The position numbers and the translations under genes were made by a program. The notes under the pieces were generated by a model. The model saw only the letters and a program-made list of their open reading frames with translations, had not been told where the DNA came from and ran no database searches. From Dehalococcoidia bacterium (GTDB lineage: Bacteria > Chloroflexota > Dehalococcoidia > Bin125), in contig CAXXNO010000008.1 of assembly GCA_963663235.2 (NCBI GenBank), positions 64,001 through 128,000 of the forward strand: 64,000 nt of DNA, in the 5' to 3' direction. Numbering within the stretch: the stretch's first letter is position 1; the number at the start of each line of letters is the position of its first letter. This document shows, in pieces, positions 50,843 through 60,440 of this stretch.

Positions 50843-52315
50843 GTGACCGCATCACAGCGCCACGTGGTGGTGGTCGGTGCCGGCAATGCCGCGTTGTGCG
50901 CGGCTCTCTCGGCGCGCGAGCAGGGCGCTCGCGTTACCGTGCTGGAGAAGGCGCCGCGCGAGGAGCGCGGCGGCAACACGTTCTTCAGCGGCGGCGGCTT
51001 TCGCTTCCCGTACGACGACGTCGACACGATCCGGGAACTGATCCCCGACCTTAGCGATGACGAACTCCGCAGCATCGATGTCGGCGCCTACCCGGCCTCC
51101 CAGTTTTACGCCGACCTTGCTCGTGTCACCGACGGCCTCATCGACCCCGGACTCGCGGACACGCTGGTCCGCCAGGCCTATCCCACCATGCGCTGGCTGC
51201 GGGAACAGGGCGTGCGCTGGGTGCTGATGTACGGCCGGCAGGCGAACCGGGTGGAGGGCAAATTAGTCTTCTACGGGGGGATGGTCGTCGAGGCCGTCGG
51301 CGGTGGCGCTGGCCTCTCGGACGGCTTGTTCGCTGCGGCGGAACGCACTGGCATCGACCTACGCTATGAGGCCAAGGCGAGCGGCTTGCTCCGCGATGGC
51401 CCCCGCGTCGTCGGAGTAATCGTGCGGACCTCCACCGCCGACGAGGAGCTCGCGGCCGACGCCGTCGTGCTGGCTGCGGGCGGCTTTGAGGCCAACGCGG
51501 AGATGCGCGCCCGGTACCTGGGGCCCGGCTGGGATCTGGCCAAGGTGCGCGGCGCTCGCTTCAACACGGGAGACGCCATCCGCGCCGCTATCGATGTCGG
51601 CGCGCAGCCGCACGGCCACTGGTCGGGGGCGCACGCGGTCGCCTGGGACCTCAACGCTCCGCCCACAGGCAACCGCATCGTGGGCGATCTGTACCAAAAG
51701 CACTCGTATCCATACGGCATCATGGTGAACATCGCTGGGGAACGCTTTGTGGATGAGGGAGCGGACCTCCGCAACTACACGTATGCGAAGTACGGTCGCG
51801 CCATTCTGGAGAACCCGCATCGGGTGGCGTTCCAGATCTTTGATCAACAAGCGGTGCCTCTCCTGCGTGACGAATACCGAGTGCGCTACGCCACCAAGGC
51901 GGAAGCGGACACGATCGTCGAGTTGGCCGAGAAGCTCGGCATCGATGCGGGAGGCCTCAGCCGCACCATCGCGACATTCAACGCCGCGTGCCGCCCTGGG
52001 GACTTCCACCCCTCCGCCCTGGACGGCGTGCGGACGCACGGCATCACGCCGCCAAAGTCGAACTGGGCCCGACCGCTCGATACCCCGCCCTTCCTGGGCT
52101 TCACGGTGACGTGCGGGATCACGTTCACCTTCGGCGGTTTGAAGATTGATGCCCGCAGCGCGCAAGTGCTGGACACGGAGGATCGCCTCATCCCTGGCCT
52201 CTACGCCGCGGGCGAACTGGTGGGCGGGCTCTGGTACAACAACTACGCGGGCGGCTCCGGGCTCATGGCGGGCGCGGTCTTTGGCCGGATCGCGGGGCGC
52301 TCGGCGGTGCAGTAG
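50843..52315 (+). CDS. tcuA: FAD-dependent tricarballylate dehydrogenase-like flavoprotein
   Basis: VVGAGNAALCAA, GGFEAN..MR..YLGPGWDLAKVRG, KHSYP.GI, DEGAD.RNYTYAKYG, GITFTFGGL. Confidence 0.8.
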   Translation: MTASQRHVVVVGAGNAALCAALSAREQGARVTVLEKAPREERGGNTFFSGGGFRFPYDDVDTIRELIPDLSDDELRSIDVGAYPASQFYADLARVTDGLIDPGLADTLVRQAYPTMRWLREQGVRWVLMYGRQANRVEGKLVFYGGMVVEAVGGGAGLSDGLFAAAERTGIDLRYEAKASGLLRDGPRVVGVIVRTSTADEELAADAVVLAAGGFEANAEMRARYLGPGWDLAKVRGARFNTGDAIRAAIDVGAQPHGHWSGAHAVAWDLNAPPTGNRIVGDLYQKHSYPYGIMVNIAGERFVDEGADLRNYTYAKYGRAILENPHRVAFQIFDQQAVPLLRDEYRVRYATKAEADTIVELAEKLGIDAGGLSRTIATFNAACRPGDFHPSALDGVRTHGITPPKSNWARPLDTPPFLGFTVTCGITFTFGGLKIDARSAQVLDTEDRLIPGLYAAGELVGGLWYNNYAGGSGLMAGAVFGRIAGRSAVQ

Positions 52316-52389
52316 CGCACGACTAGCCTCGCCCACACTCGATCTCTACTATTCGAGCAGCCCTCGACCTTGACGTGCTGGAGCATCCC

Positions 52390-53373
52390 ATGCAGGTCAC
52401 CCCCAATGTCCGCGTGGTGCAGGTTCCCGAAGAAGAGCCGATGCGCCCGCGCTCCACGAACATCTACCTCGTCGGCACGGACCAGGTCATGTCGATCGAT
52501 TCTGGCGAAGCGATCGATAAGTTCAAGTGGATGCTGCGCGGTTACCTGGCGGCCATCGAGCGCACGGAGATCGCGCTGGCGGGGATTACCCACCACCACT
52601 ACGACCACAGCGGGAACTTGAAGGATCTGCGGGAGGCGCTGCACGCGGATGTCCTGATCCCCGAGGCCGGCATCGATCTCTTGGCGGGCCGGCTCCCGGA
52701 GAACGGGGTGCAGACGATCACCGACGGCAAGGTCATTGACCTCGGCGCGGGGGGGAAACTCCGCGTCATCACCACGCCGGGCCACAGCGTCGATTCCGTC
52801 TGCTACTACTTGGAGGAAGACGGTGTGCTCTTCACGGGCGACACACTGTTGGGCGTCGGCACCACAACGGTCCAGGACCTCGCCGCGTACCGCTCGTCGT
52901 TGCGGACCCTGGTGGAGCTCCCCAACCTGCAGGTCATCTGCCCCGGCCACGGGCCGCTCGTACACGACGCGCGCGAACGGCTCCGCTCTTACATCGATCA
53001 CCGAAACGTGCGAGAAGAGCAGATCCTTCAGATGCTGCAGAGCGGCGGCCCAACGACCAGTTGGGACATCATGCTCAAGCTGTATCCGGATGTTGATAAG
53101 CGGCTGCGGCGGGCGGCGGACGGAAACGTCCGCGCCCATCTGACGCAACTCGAGCACGAAGGGCGAGTCCGCGTGCATCCCGGCAAGGAGCGGAAGGAGA
53201 ACCCGGTCAAGCTGGCAGGAGAGCGCGCCTTGGAGCGGGCGCGGCGCGAGATCGCGACTCGGGGCAGGCGCATCGACGCGCAGGAACGCGGGCGGGCGCT
53301 GGCGCGACAGGAGAGCCCGCCGACCGAGCAGTGGGCGCAGCCCCCGCGCTATGAACTGTCGGGCCAAAACTAA
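52390..53373 (+). CDS. MBL-fold hydrolase (LACTB2-like) with C-terminal winged helix
   Basis: THHHYDH, TPGHS.D, FTGD, PGHG. Confidence 0.85.
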   Translation: MQVTPNVRVVQVPEEEPMRPRSTNIYLVGTDQVMSIDSGEAIDKFKWMLRGYLAAIERTEIALAGITHHHYDHSGNLKDLREALHADVLIPEAGIDLLAGRLPENGVQTITDGKVIDLGAGGKLRVITTPGHSVDSVCYYLEEDGVLFTGDTLLGVGTTTVQDLAAYRSSLRTLVELPNLQVICPGHGPLVHDARERLRSYIDHRNVREEQILQMLQSGGPTTSWDIMLKLYPDVDKRLRRAADGNVRAHLTQLEHEGRVRVHPGKERKENPVKLAGERALERARREIATRGRRIDAQERGRALARQESPPTEQWAQPPRYELSGQN

Positions 53374-53390
53374 CGCCGCGGTGGACGCGG

Positions 53391-55247
53391 GTGGGAAGCC
53401 GTACGGAGTTGTCCTTGAGGTCGACGAACGCAAACACTGGCTCCGGCAGTTCGATCGATCCAGTGCAGCTTCTCGTTATGGCCAATCGTATTGACGGCAT
53501 CACTCGCGAGATGACAAATACCCTCGTCCGGACCGCCCGGTCCGGAACCCTCGCCTCCCGCGACTTGTCCACCTCCATCTCCACCGCCGCTCATGAGCTC
53601 TTCTCTGCCCCTGAAGGCCTCCCCGTCCACGTCTACGGCTCCGGCCTCCTCTGCGAAGCCATGGCCACGATCCACCCCGACTTCCAGGAAGGCGACGCCT
53701 TTCTCCACAACGACCCCTACCTCGGCAACACCCACGCCGCCGACCACACTATCCTGGTGCCCGTTTTCTATGAGGGCGAGCACGTCTTTACGACCTGCGT
53801 CAAAGCGCACCAAGCGGACATCGGCGACGCCCTTCCGACGACCTACATGCCCAAGGCGGTGGACGTGTACGCCGAGGGCGCCTTGATCTTTCCCTGCGTC
53901 CGTATTCAGGAGCACTACCAAGACATCCCGGACATCATCCGCATGTGCGAGAAACGGATCCGTGTCCCCGAGGTCTGGTACGGCGACTATCTGGCCATGA
54001 TTGCGGCAGCGCGCGTCGGTGAGCAGCGCATCAGAGAATTCTGCGCCAAGTTCGGCCTGAGGACGGTGAAGGCCTTCGTGCGTGAGTGGCTGGACTACTC
54101 GGAGCGCCTCACCGAGGCTGCCATCCGACGCCTCCCTGTCGGCCGCCTTTACGCCCACACGACCTTCGATCCCTTCCCTTTCCTCCCCGAGGGCCTCGAA
54201 CTCCAAGCCACCATCGACGTCGACCCGGCCGCCGGCCACGTCACCGTAGACTTGCGCGACAACGCCGATTGCACTCCCACCGGGCTCAACCTGAGCCGCG
54301 CCACTGCCATGAACGCCGGCATCTCCGGCATCATTACTGTGCTCGACTCGATGCGCGACGTGGAGACCCAGGTCCCCGACAACGCCGGGACCTTCCGCCG
54401 CATCCACGTCCTGCTACGTGAGAACTGCGTCGTCGGCATTCCCGTTCACCCCACCTCCTGCTCCATGGCTACCGGCACGATCGCGTCTCACATCGAGGGC
54501 ATGATCGATGCCGCCTTCGGCCGTCTGGCCGACGGCATCGGCCTGGCGGAGCCGTGCCGGGGACAGGGGCCGCATATCGGCGTCGTGTCCGGCTTCAATC
54601 GGCGCCGCAACGAACCCTACATGCTGCAACTGTTCAGCGGCACCGCCGGCGGTCCCGCCAGTCCCGATACCGACGGCTGGCTCACCTACCAATCCCCTCC
54701 CGCCGCCGGGCTCATGTACATTGATGAGTCCGAGGTGATCGAGCAGAAGTATCCCTTCGTCATCTTCGAGATGCGGGTCCGGCCGGACTCCGAAGGCGCG
54801 GGCCGCCAACGCGGCGCACCCGGCTGCATCTCCGTGTTCGGCCCCCTCTACGACCCGCAGGAGGTCCACTACGCGCTCGATGGAATGGTCAACGTCCCGC
54901 AGGGCGTGCAAGGGGGCGGCGCGGCCCGAGGGCCGGCGGCGCGGCTGATCGACCGCCAGGACGCGACCCACGATCTGCCGGACATCGTTGGCGAACAGCT
55001 GCTGCAAGCCGGAGAGCGCATCATCTCGCTCTCGTCGGGTGGGGGCGGCTACGGCGACCCGCTCACCCGGGCCCCGGACGCCGTTCTCCGTGACGTCATC
55101 GAAGGTTACATCACCCTCGACCGCGCTCGCGATGCTTACGGCGTGTCGATTGAGGGTGACCCTACACGGGTCGAGACGCTCTCGGTTGATGCCGAGACCA
55201 CGCAAGCCCAGCGCGCCGGAGCTACGACTGCTCCCCAACCGTCCTGA
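53391..55247 (+). CDS. Hydantoinase B/oxoprolinase family protein
   Basis: NDPYLGNTHAAD, H.ADIG, DSEGAG..RG, GGGGYGDP. Confidence 0.88.
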   Translation: MGSRTELSLRSTNANTGSGSSIDPVQLLVMANRIDGITREMTNTLVRTARSGTLASRDLSTSISTAAHELFSAPEGLPVHVYGSGLLCEAMATIHPDFQEGDAFLHNDPYLGNTHAADHTILVPVFYEGEHVFTTCVKAHQADIGDALPTTYMPKAVDVYAEGALIFPCVRIQEHYQDIPDIIRMCEKRIRVPEVWYGDYLAMIAAARVGEQRIREFCAKFGLRTVKAFVREWLDYSERLTEAAIRRLPVGRLYAHTTFDPFPFLPEGLELQATIDVDPAAGHVTVDLRDNADCTPTGLNLSRATAMNAGISGIITVLDSMRDVETQVPDNAGTFRRIHVLLRENCVVGIPVHPTSCSMATGTIASHIEGMIDAAFGRLADGIGLAEPCRGQGPHIGVVSGFNRRRNEPYMLQLFSGTAGGPASPDTDGWLTYQSPPAAGLMYIDESEVIEQKYPFVIFEMRVRPDSEGAGRQRGAPGCISVFGPLYDPQEVHYALDGMVNVPQGVQGGGAARGPAARLIDRQDATHDLPDIVGEQLLQAGERIISLSSGGGGYGDPLTRAPDAVLRDVIEGYITLDRARDAYGVSIEGDPTRVETLSVDAETTQAQRAGATTAPQPS

Positions 55248-55271
55248 CGATGTGCTGAGAGGAAGTGGATC

Positions 55272-55673
55272 ATGGCGGAAATGTTGAAGGTCGGACGATC
55301 CGACACCCTGGAGCGCCTGGTCACACCCGAATTGACCGCCGACCGCTTCGGGAACCCCGGTGTGCCGGTCTTTGCTTCACCGGCGCTCATTGGGCTGCTG
55401 GAGGAGACCGCGATCAAGTGCGTCGCTCCAACCCTTGAAGAAGGCCAGGGCACGGTGGGTACGCGGCTGGATGTGCAGCACATGGCGCCGACGCCTGTCG
55501 ACATGAAGGTCACCGCCCGCGCCGAACTGACGGAGGTGGACGGTCGCCGACTCGTTTTCTCAGTGGAAGCGCACGACGAGCGAGAACAGATTGCCAGGGG
55601 CACGCACGAGCGCTTCATCGTCACCTCGATGGAGAAGTTCCTCGCCCGCGCCGCCGAGAAGGGCAACGCTTGA
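55272..55673 (+). CDS. Hot-dog thioesterase (FlK-like)
   Basis: VFASP..I.L.E, TVG....V.H.APTP, G.HERF. Confidence 0.85.
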   Translation: MAEMLKVGRSDTLERLVTPELTADRFGNPGVPVFASPALIGLLEETAIKCVAPTLEEGQGTVGTRLDVQHMAPTPVDMKVTARAELTEVDGRRLVFSVEAHDEREQIARGTHERFIVTSMEKFLARAAEKGNA

Positions 55674-56653
55674 CGACACGGAACGACGCCGTGCCCGCCG
55701 ACCTGACGCACCGTACCTACGATGTCAACGGCATCCAGATGCACGTGGCAGAACAGGGTGAGGGCCCCGCGGTGATCCTCTGCCACGGCTTCCCGGAGAT
55801 CTGGTACTCCTGGCGCCACCAACTCCCGGCCGTCGCGGACGCGGGTTTCCGCGCCATGGCCCCGGATATGCGTGGCTACGGCCGGACCACCGCCCCACCG
55901 GACTTGGAAGACTATCGCCAAGAGGTCATCTGCGCCGACCTCGTTGCGCTGCTGGATCGCCTGCGGCTGCCTGACGCCGTCTTCGTCGGGCACGATTGGG
56001 GCGGCGTGCTTGTCTGGAACATGGCGCTGCATCACCCTCAGCGTGTCCGGGCCGTGGCTGGGATCAACACCCCCCTCTTCCCGCCGATGCCCGCCAGCTT
56101 CCTGGAGACGATGCGGGAGAATCCGGGCACGTGGGATTACCAGTTTTACTTCCAGGAGCCCGGCATCGCCGAGACCGAGTTGGAACAAGATGTCGGGCGC
56201 ACGTGTCGCCTCATCCTCCGCTCCAGCGATCCAGCCGATGGCTTTGACGTCCTCGCCGGCTTCCACAACGTCCGCGCCCAGGGTGGGGTGCTGATCGGCT
56301 ATCCACAAGACGCGCCGCGCAGCGTCATGTTGAGCGAGGACGATCTGCAGTGCTACGTCGAGCAGTTCCAGAGGACGGGCTTCCGCGGTGGTCTGAACTG
56401 GTACCGCAATCATGATGCCAACTGGGCCTGGGATCAGTCGGTCAAGGAATATGCTGTGCCGCATCCGGCCCTGATGGTGACGGCCGGTCGCGACCCGGTG
56501 CTATCGCCCAAGCTCGCTCGCAAGATGGAGCAGTGGGTTCCCAACCTGACTCGGGGCCATATCGAGCGGTGCGGCCACTGGACTCAGCAGGAGGCGCCGG
56601 ACGAGCTGAACCGCATCTTGATTGAGTGGCTCGGGCGCCTACCGGCGCGGTAG
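55670..56653 (+). CDS. Epoxide hydrolase-type alpha/beta hydrolase
   Basis: HGFPE.WYSWRHQ, RGYG, GHDWGG, LNWYRN, GHWTQQE. Confidence 0.9.
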   Translation: MTTRNDAVPADLTHRTYDVNGIQMHVAEQGEGPAVILCHGFPEIWYSWRHQLPAVADAGFRAMAPDMRGYGRTTAPPDLEDYRQEVICADLVALLDRLRLPDAVFVGHDWGGVLVWNMALHHPQRVRAVAGINTPLFPPMPASFLETMRENPGTWDYQFYFQEPGIAETELEQDVGRTCRLILRSSDPADGFDVLAGFHNVRAQGGVLIGYPQDAPRSVMLSEDDLQCYVEQFQRTGFRGGLNWYRNHDANWAWDQSVKEYAVPHPALMVTAGRDPVLSPKLARKMEQWVPNLTRGHIERCGHWTQQEAPDELNRILIEWLGRLPAR

Positions 56654-57460
56654 TTGCTCGCGGGTCTCGTACGCCGCCGCGTCGGTGCCGTTCTCTGGCT
56701 CAAACACCGTGACCTGCCGACGAGCGAAGTCGATCTCGACGTCCACGAAGCTGATGTTGTCGCCCTCGTCCGTCTCCGCCAAGCGGTCTGAGGGATCCAC
56801 GACGATGACGAGCCGGTACAAGCCGTTGAATTCCGCGTGCCCCGCCATGTCATCGACGTCGATCCACTGCTCGCGGAGGACGTAGGGATACGTGTCGCCC
56901 CAGCCCACGGACAGCCCCTGAACATCCTGGTCACACGTGCGGTAGCCACCTTGCGAGGCGGCGCCCTGCTCCCGGTCGATTCGAACTGTGTCCCGGATGC
57001 AGAAGGTCGTCTTCGATATCCGCAGCGGCAGCGCGATGTCCACCGAGCGCGGCTCCAGAATGTAGCGGGCGTATTCGTTAAAGTGAAAATGGTTGTGGCT
57101 CGGGTGCCACGCGACGACACCGCCTCTCCCGGGGACTACGTGGCGCTTGCCCGCCGCCGTGTATGCGATCTGATCGACCAGTTGGATCTCTCCCGTCGGG
57201 CGGCTCGCCTGGACTTCCAGTGGGCCGTCACCATCGTTCCAGGTCGTGGTGGTGAGTCGCAGCACCTCGCGAGTCTCCCCGTTGACCAGGGCCGCGCCGA
57301 AATGGATATCGCTCGCGGGCAGGGCGCGGAGGTTGGGCAGTAGCCAGTCGGAAGCGAATTTCGACTGGGCCGCCGACTCGCCGGCGGCGCTCCACAGTGC
57401 CAGCAGCAGACCGACGACGGCGGACAGCGCCAGCAGCCGTCCGACGGTCGAGTGCCTCAT
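56639..57460 (-). CDS. Secreted lysyl oxidase family protein
   Basis: Signal peptide; WHPSHNHFH copper site; KTTFC and QGLSVGWGDTY (LTQ Lys/Tyr); QWIDV; E.DE.DN. Confidence 0.82.
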   Translation of the reverse strand: MRHSTVGRLLALSAVVGLLLALWSAAGESAAQSKFASDWLLPNLRALPASDIHFGAALVNGETREVLRLTTTTWNDGDGPLEVQASRPTGEIQLVDQIAYTAAGKRHVVPGRGGVVAWHPSHNHFHFNEYARYILEPRSVDIALPLRISKTTFCIRDTVRIDREQGAASQGGYRTCDQDVQGLSVGWGDTYPYVLREQWIDVDDMAGHAEFNGLYRLVIVVDPSDRLAETDEGDNISFVDVEIDFARRQVTVFEPENGTDAAAYETREQLPRR

Positions 57461-57638
57461 CGGTCGCTCCCGTTCTCCGTCGTCCGCGCCTCCCTTTGGC
57501 GGCGATCGGGAAAGCCAGCGTACCGCATGCTGCCGAGCGGAGACATCCGGTCGCTTCAGATCACGAGCTCTCGATTTGCTACATTCTGCGGCGACGGTGC
57601 GCGTCCACCCTATCGGCGCCGCCAAACGGAGCATCGCC

Positions 57639-58460
57639 GTGTCCAAATCTCCCAACGCCGTTCAGGACGCGATCAAAGGTGCGTGGACCCGTGGAGCCCA
57701 CGCGTACGACCACGATGCCGGCCACGGCCTTGCGACGCCAGCCGTCGAGCGCGCCTGGAGCGATGTGCTGGAAGACGCCCTGGACGCCGCCCCACTTGAT
57801 GTCCTGGACGTGGGAACGGGCACCGGCCTCCTGGCCGTCATCGCGGCGAAATTGGGACATCGCGTCACGGGCGTAGATTTCACCCCGGCCATGCTGGAAC
57901 GCGGCGCACACCGTGCGGAGCGCGCTGGCGTGCATGTTGCCTGGTGCGAGGGCGATGGGATGGACCTTCCCTTCCGCCCAGACTCCTTCGACGCGGTCGT
58001 CAGCCGTCACGTCCTGTGGACCCTCACGGATCCAGCCGCCGCTTTCCGTGAGTGGGTCCGTGTCACGCGGCCGGGTGGCCGGGTGGTCTGGTTCGACGGA
58101 CTCTACAGCGGCGGCTGGCAGACCAAGCTGCGGGGTGGGCTGGCGCGCACTCTCCGCTGGCTCCAGCGTCGCCCCGACCACGCCGGCTCCCACGGCTACC
58201 CGGACCATGCTATCGAAGCGCTGCCCCTGCGCGGGATCCGCTCCCCCGAGCCGGTGCGCGCCTTGCTGCACCATCTTGGCATCGACGATGCAACATTCGA
58301 GCACCTCACTGAGGTGCCGCGCGCGGAGCAGCACGGAGAACCGCTGCACAAGCGCGTCGCGGGCGTCGAGCGGCGATACATGGGCACGTTCCACGTCACG
58401 GCGGAACTCAAGCGGCGCTTTGGGCCGTCCTCGGAGCGCGCCGACAGCCCGTCCGACTAA
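57639..58460 (+). CDS. Class I SAM-dependent methyltransferase
   Basis: VLDVGTGTG, GVDF...ML, LPF...SFDAVVSRHVLWTL, RV.RPGG. Confidence 0.88.
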   Translation: MSKSPNAVQDAIKGAWTRGAHAYDHDAGHGLATPAVERAWSDVLEDALDAAPLDVLDVGTGTGLLAVIAAKLGHRVTGVDFTPAMLERGAHRAERAGVHVAWCEGDGMDLPFRPDSFDAVVSRHVLWTLTDPAAAFREWVRVTRPGGRVVWFDGLYSGGWQTKLRGGLARTLRWLQRRPDHAGSHGYPDHAIEALPLRGIRSPEPVRALLHHLGIDDATFEHLTEVPRAEQHGEPLHKRVAGVERRYMGTFHVTAELKRRFGPSSERADSPSD

Positions 58461-58547
58461 AGTCGGAGACCAAAGTCCGCGCTCCGACCGAGCACCAGTT
58501 GCGCCGTTCGGTCGATTAGAGCCGCGCGCCCGCGTGCTATCAAGGTG
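58452..58547 (+). promoter_or_regulatory. Conserved upstream block, copy 1, with tandem GAC-N4-GTC palindromes
   Basis: TCCGACT-AA-AGTCGGA then GACCAAAGTC, TTGCGCCGTTCG and TGCTATCAAGGTG; repeated at 60486-60582. Confidence 0.7.
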
Positions 58548-58715
58548 TGGGTGCGATACGCGGCACACGGCCCGCCCGAGTGGGACGAGCAGAGGAACAG
58601 ATGGCGATCGCGTTGACCCAATCGCCCGTTGCGGCACGAATCGAACCCGGGCTCAGTTGGATGCAGAGCGGTCGCGGGTCCTGCCCCGCCCTTCGTTGAT
58701 GATTGGTCGGAGACG

Positions 58716-60440
58716 GTGAAGGCAGAAGAACGCAACGTCGACGACCCCTCGATGACGAGGCGTCGCTTCCTGACGCGGGCAGGCAAGGCCGGCGTGGGCC
58801 TCGCATCGCTGGCGGCCGTTGGCCCGGCGATCGCCGCTGCCACGTCGAAGACCACGCAGGCGGCCCACTTGGATGAGCACGCTTGCCGCAATCTCACGGA
58901 CCTAGGGGAGATCATCGCCCGTGTGCCCGCCCCCGTGGGCAACGCCGGCAACCCAGACATCGAGGTCATCCGCGATGGCAACAAGCCCCCCGCCGGCAAC
59001 GCCGACCCTTGGGGCCAGTACGATACCTTCGACGGCGCCGACCGTGCCGCCGAGGACTGGATCGGCTACGCCTACCCCTCGGCCCACACCTTCCATCAGG
59101 TAGTCTTCCAGGAAGGGCTGCACTTCGACGACGGCGGCTGGTTCGAGTCGCTCACGGTGCAAGTCCGCCGGAGCGGGACCTGGGCGCCAGTGCGTGGTCT
59201 GTCCATCTCCCCGGCCTATCCCTTTGCCAACGATGGAGTCTCCTACGAGACCTACACGCTGACGTTCGATGAGATCGCCGGCGACGGCATCCGCATCTTC
59301 GGCGCCCCCGGCGGCGCCGCTGACTTCATCTCCGTGGGTGAGCTGGAGATCTTCGGCGACTGCGATGGCCTACCGTCCGGCGACTCCACGTCACCGGCAT
59401 CACAGGGATGCACGAACTTGACCCACGATGGAGAGATCATCGCCCGCGTGACTTCTCCCACCGGCGGCGGCAACCGCAACATCGAGGTGATCCGAGATAG
59501 CGACTTCCCGTCCGTCGGCAGCAGCGACTCCTCGCGCCAATACGACACCTTCGACGGCCGCAACAGCGCCGCCGAAGATTGGATCGGCTACGCGTACCCC
59601 TCGGAGCAGACCTTCAACCACGTCATCTTCCAGGAAGGGCTGCACTTCTGGAACGGCGGCTGGTTCGAGTCGCTCACGGTGCAGGTCCGCCAGGGCGGGA
59701 CCTGGGTGCCGGTGCGTGGCCTGTCCATCTCCCCGGCCTACCCCTTCGCCGACAACGGCGTCTCGTTTGAGACCTATAGTCTTGCGTTCAACGCAATCGC
59801 CGGCGACGGCATCCGCATCATCGGCGCTCCCGGCGGCAGCGCCGGCTTCATCTCCGTTGGGGAGCTGGAGGTCTTCTCGGGCGACTGCTGGCAGCCGAGC
59901 GACCACTCGCCCACTAACCATTCGCAGAGCAACCAATCGCGGAGGCTCATCCACGAACCCCTCGCCGTTCCATACCGCGTGGCTGGGCCGTTTGCCTCGG
60001 TCGTGTCCGGCCGGTTGCATCGCGGCGTCGACCTTCTCGTCGGGGAGAACAGCGGGCTGCTTGCGACACTGGCTGGCGCAGCGCGCGCTCACGTCTCACC
60101 GACGACGAGCGGCGGCGAATCCAAATGGCTGGAACTCGACGCGAAGATTCGTCGGATCATCAAGATCGGGGACAACGAGTTCGTTCGCACCGAACCCGTC
60201 GAGATTCGCTATTACCACCTCAACGACTGGGTCGGGGACTTCCCTCGCGACGTCGTGCAAGGGGAGGTGATCGGCCTCTCCGGGGCGGGCGGCCTTCTTG
60301 ATGTGCCCCATTGCCACTTCGAGGTGTGGACCCGCCGATTTGGACAGATGGTGCCAACGGACCCGTATACCCTCCATCCTGAATGGCCCCGCGGCGAACA
60401 CACGTATCTCACCGCTGATGGGCGTTCGTACGATGACTGA
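58716..60440 (+). CDS. Tat-exported protein: two discoidin/CBM32-like domains plus M23 peptidase domain
   Basis: TRRRFL signal; repeats at 58884-59363 and 59409-59888; HRGVD and PHCHFE zinc motifs. Confidence 0.8.
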   Translation: MKAEERNVDDPSMTRRRFLTRAGKAGVGLASLAAVGPAIAAATSKTTQAAHLDEHACRNLTDLGEIIARVPAPVGNAGNPDIEVIRDGNKPPAGNADPWGQYDTFDGADRAAEDWIGYAYPSAHTFHQVVFQEGLHFDDGGWFESLTVQVRRSGTWAPVRGLSISPAYPFANDGVSYETYTLTFDEIAGDGIRIFGAPGGAADFISVGELEIFGDCDGLPSGDSTSPASQGCTNLTHDGEIIARVTSPTGGGNRNIEVIRDSDFPSVGSSDSSRQYDTFDGRNSAAEDWIGYAYPSEQTFNHVIFQEGLHFWNGGWFESLTVQVRQGGTWVPVRGLSISPAYPFADNGVSFETYSLAFNAIAGDGIRIIGAPGGSAGFISVGELEVFSGDCWQPSDHSPTNHSQSNQSRRLIHEPLAVPYRVAGPFASVVSGRLHRGVDLLVGENSGLLATLAGAARAHVSPTTSGGESKWLELDAKIRRIIKIGDNEFVRTEPVEIRYYHLNDWVGDFPRDVVQGEVIGLSGAGGLLDVPHCHFEVWTRRFGQMVPTDPYTLHPEWPRGEHTYLTADGRSYDD

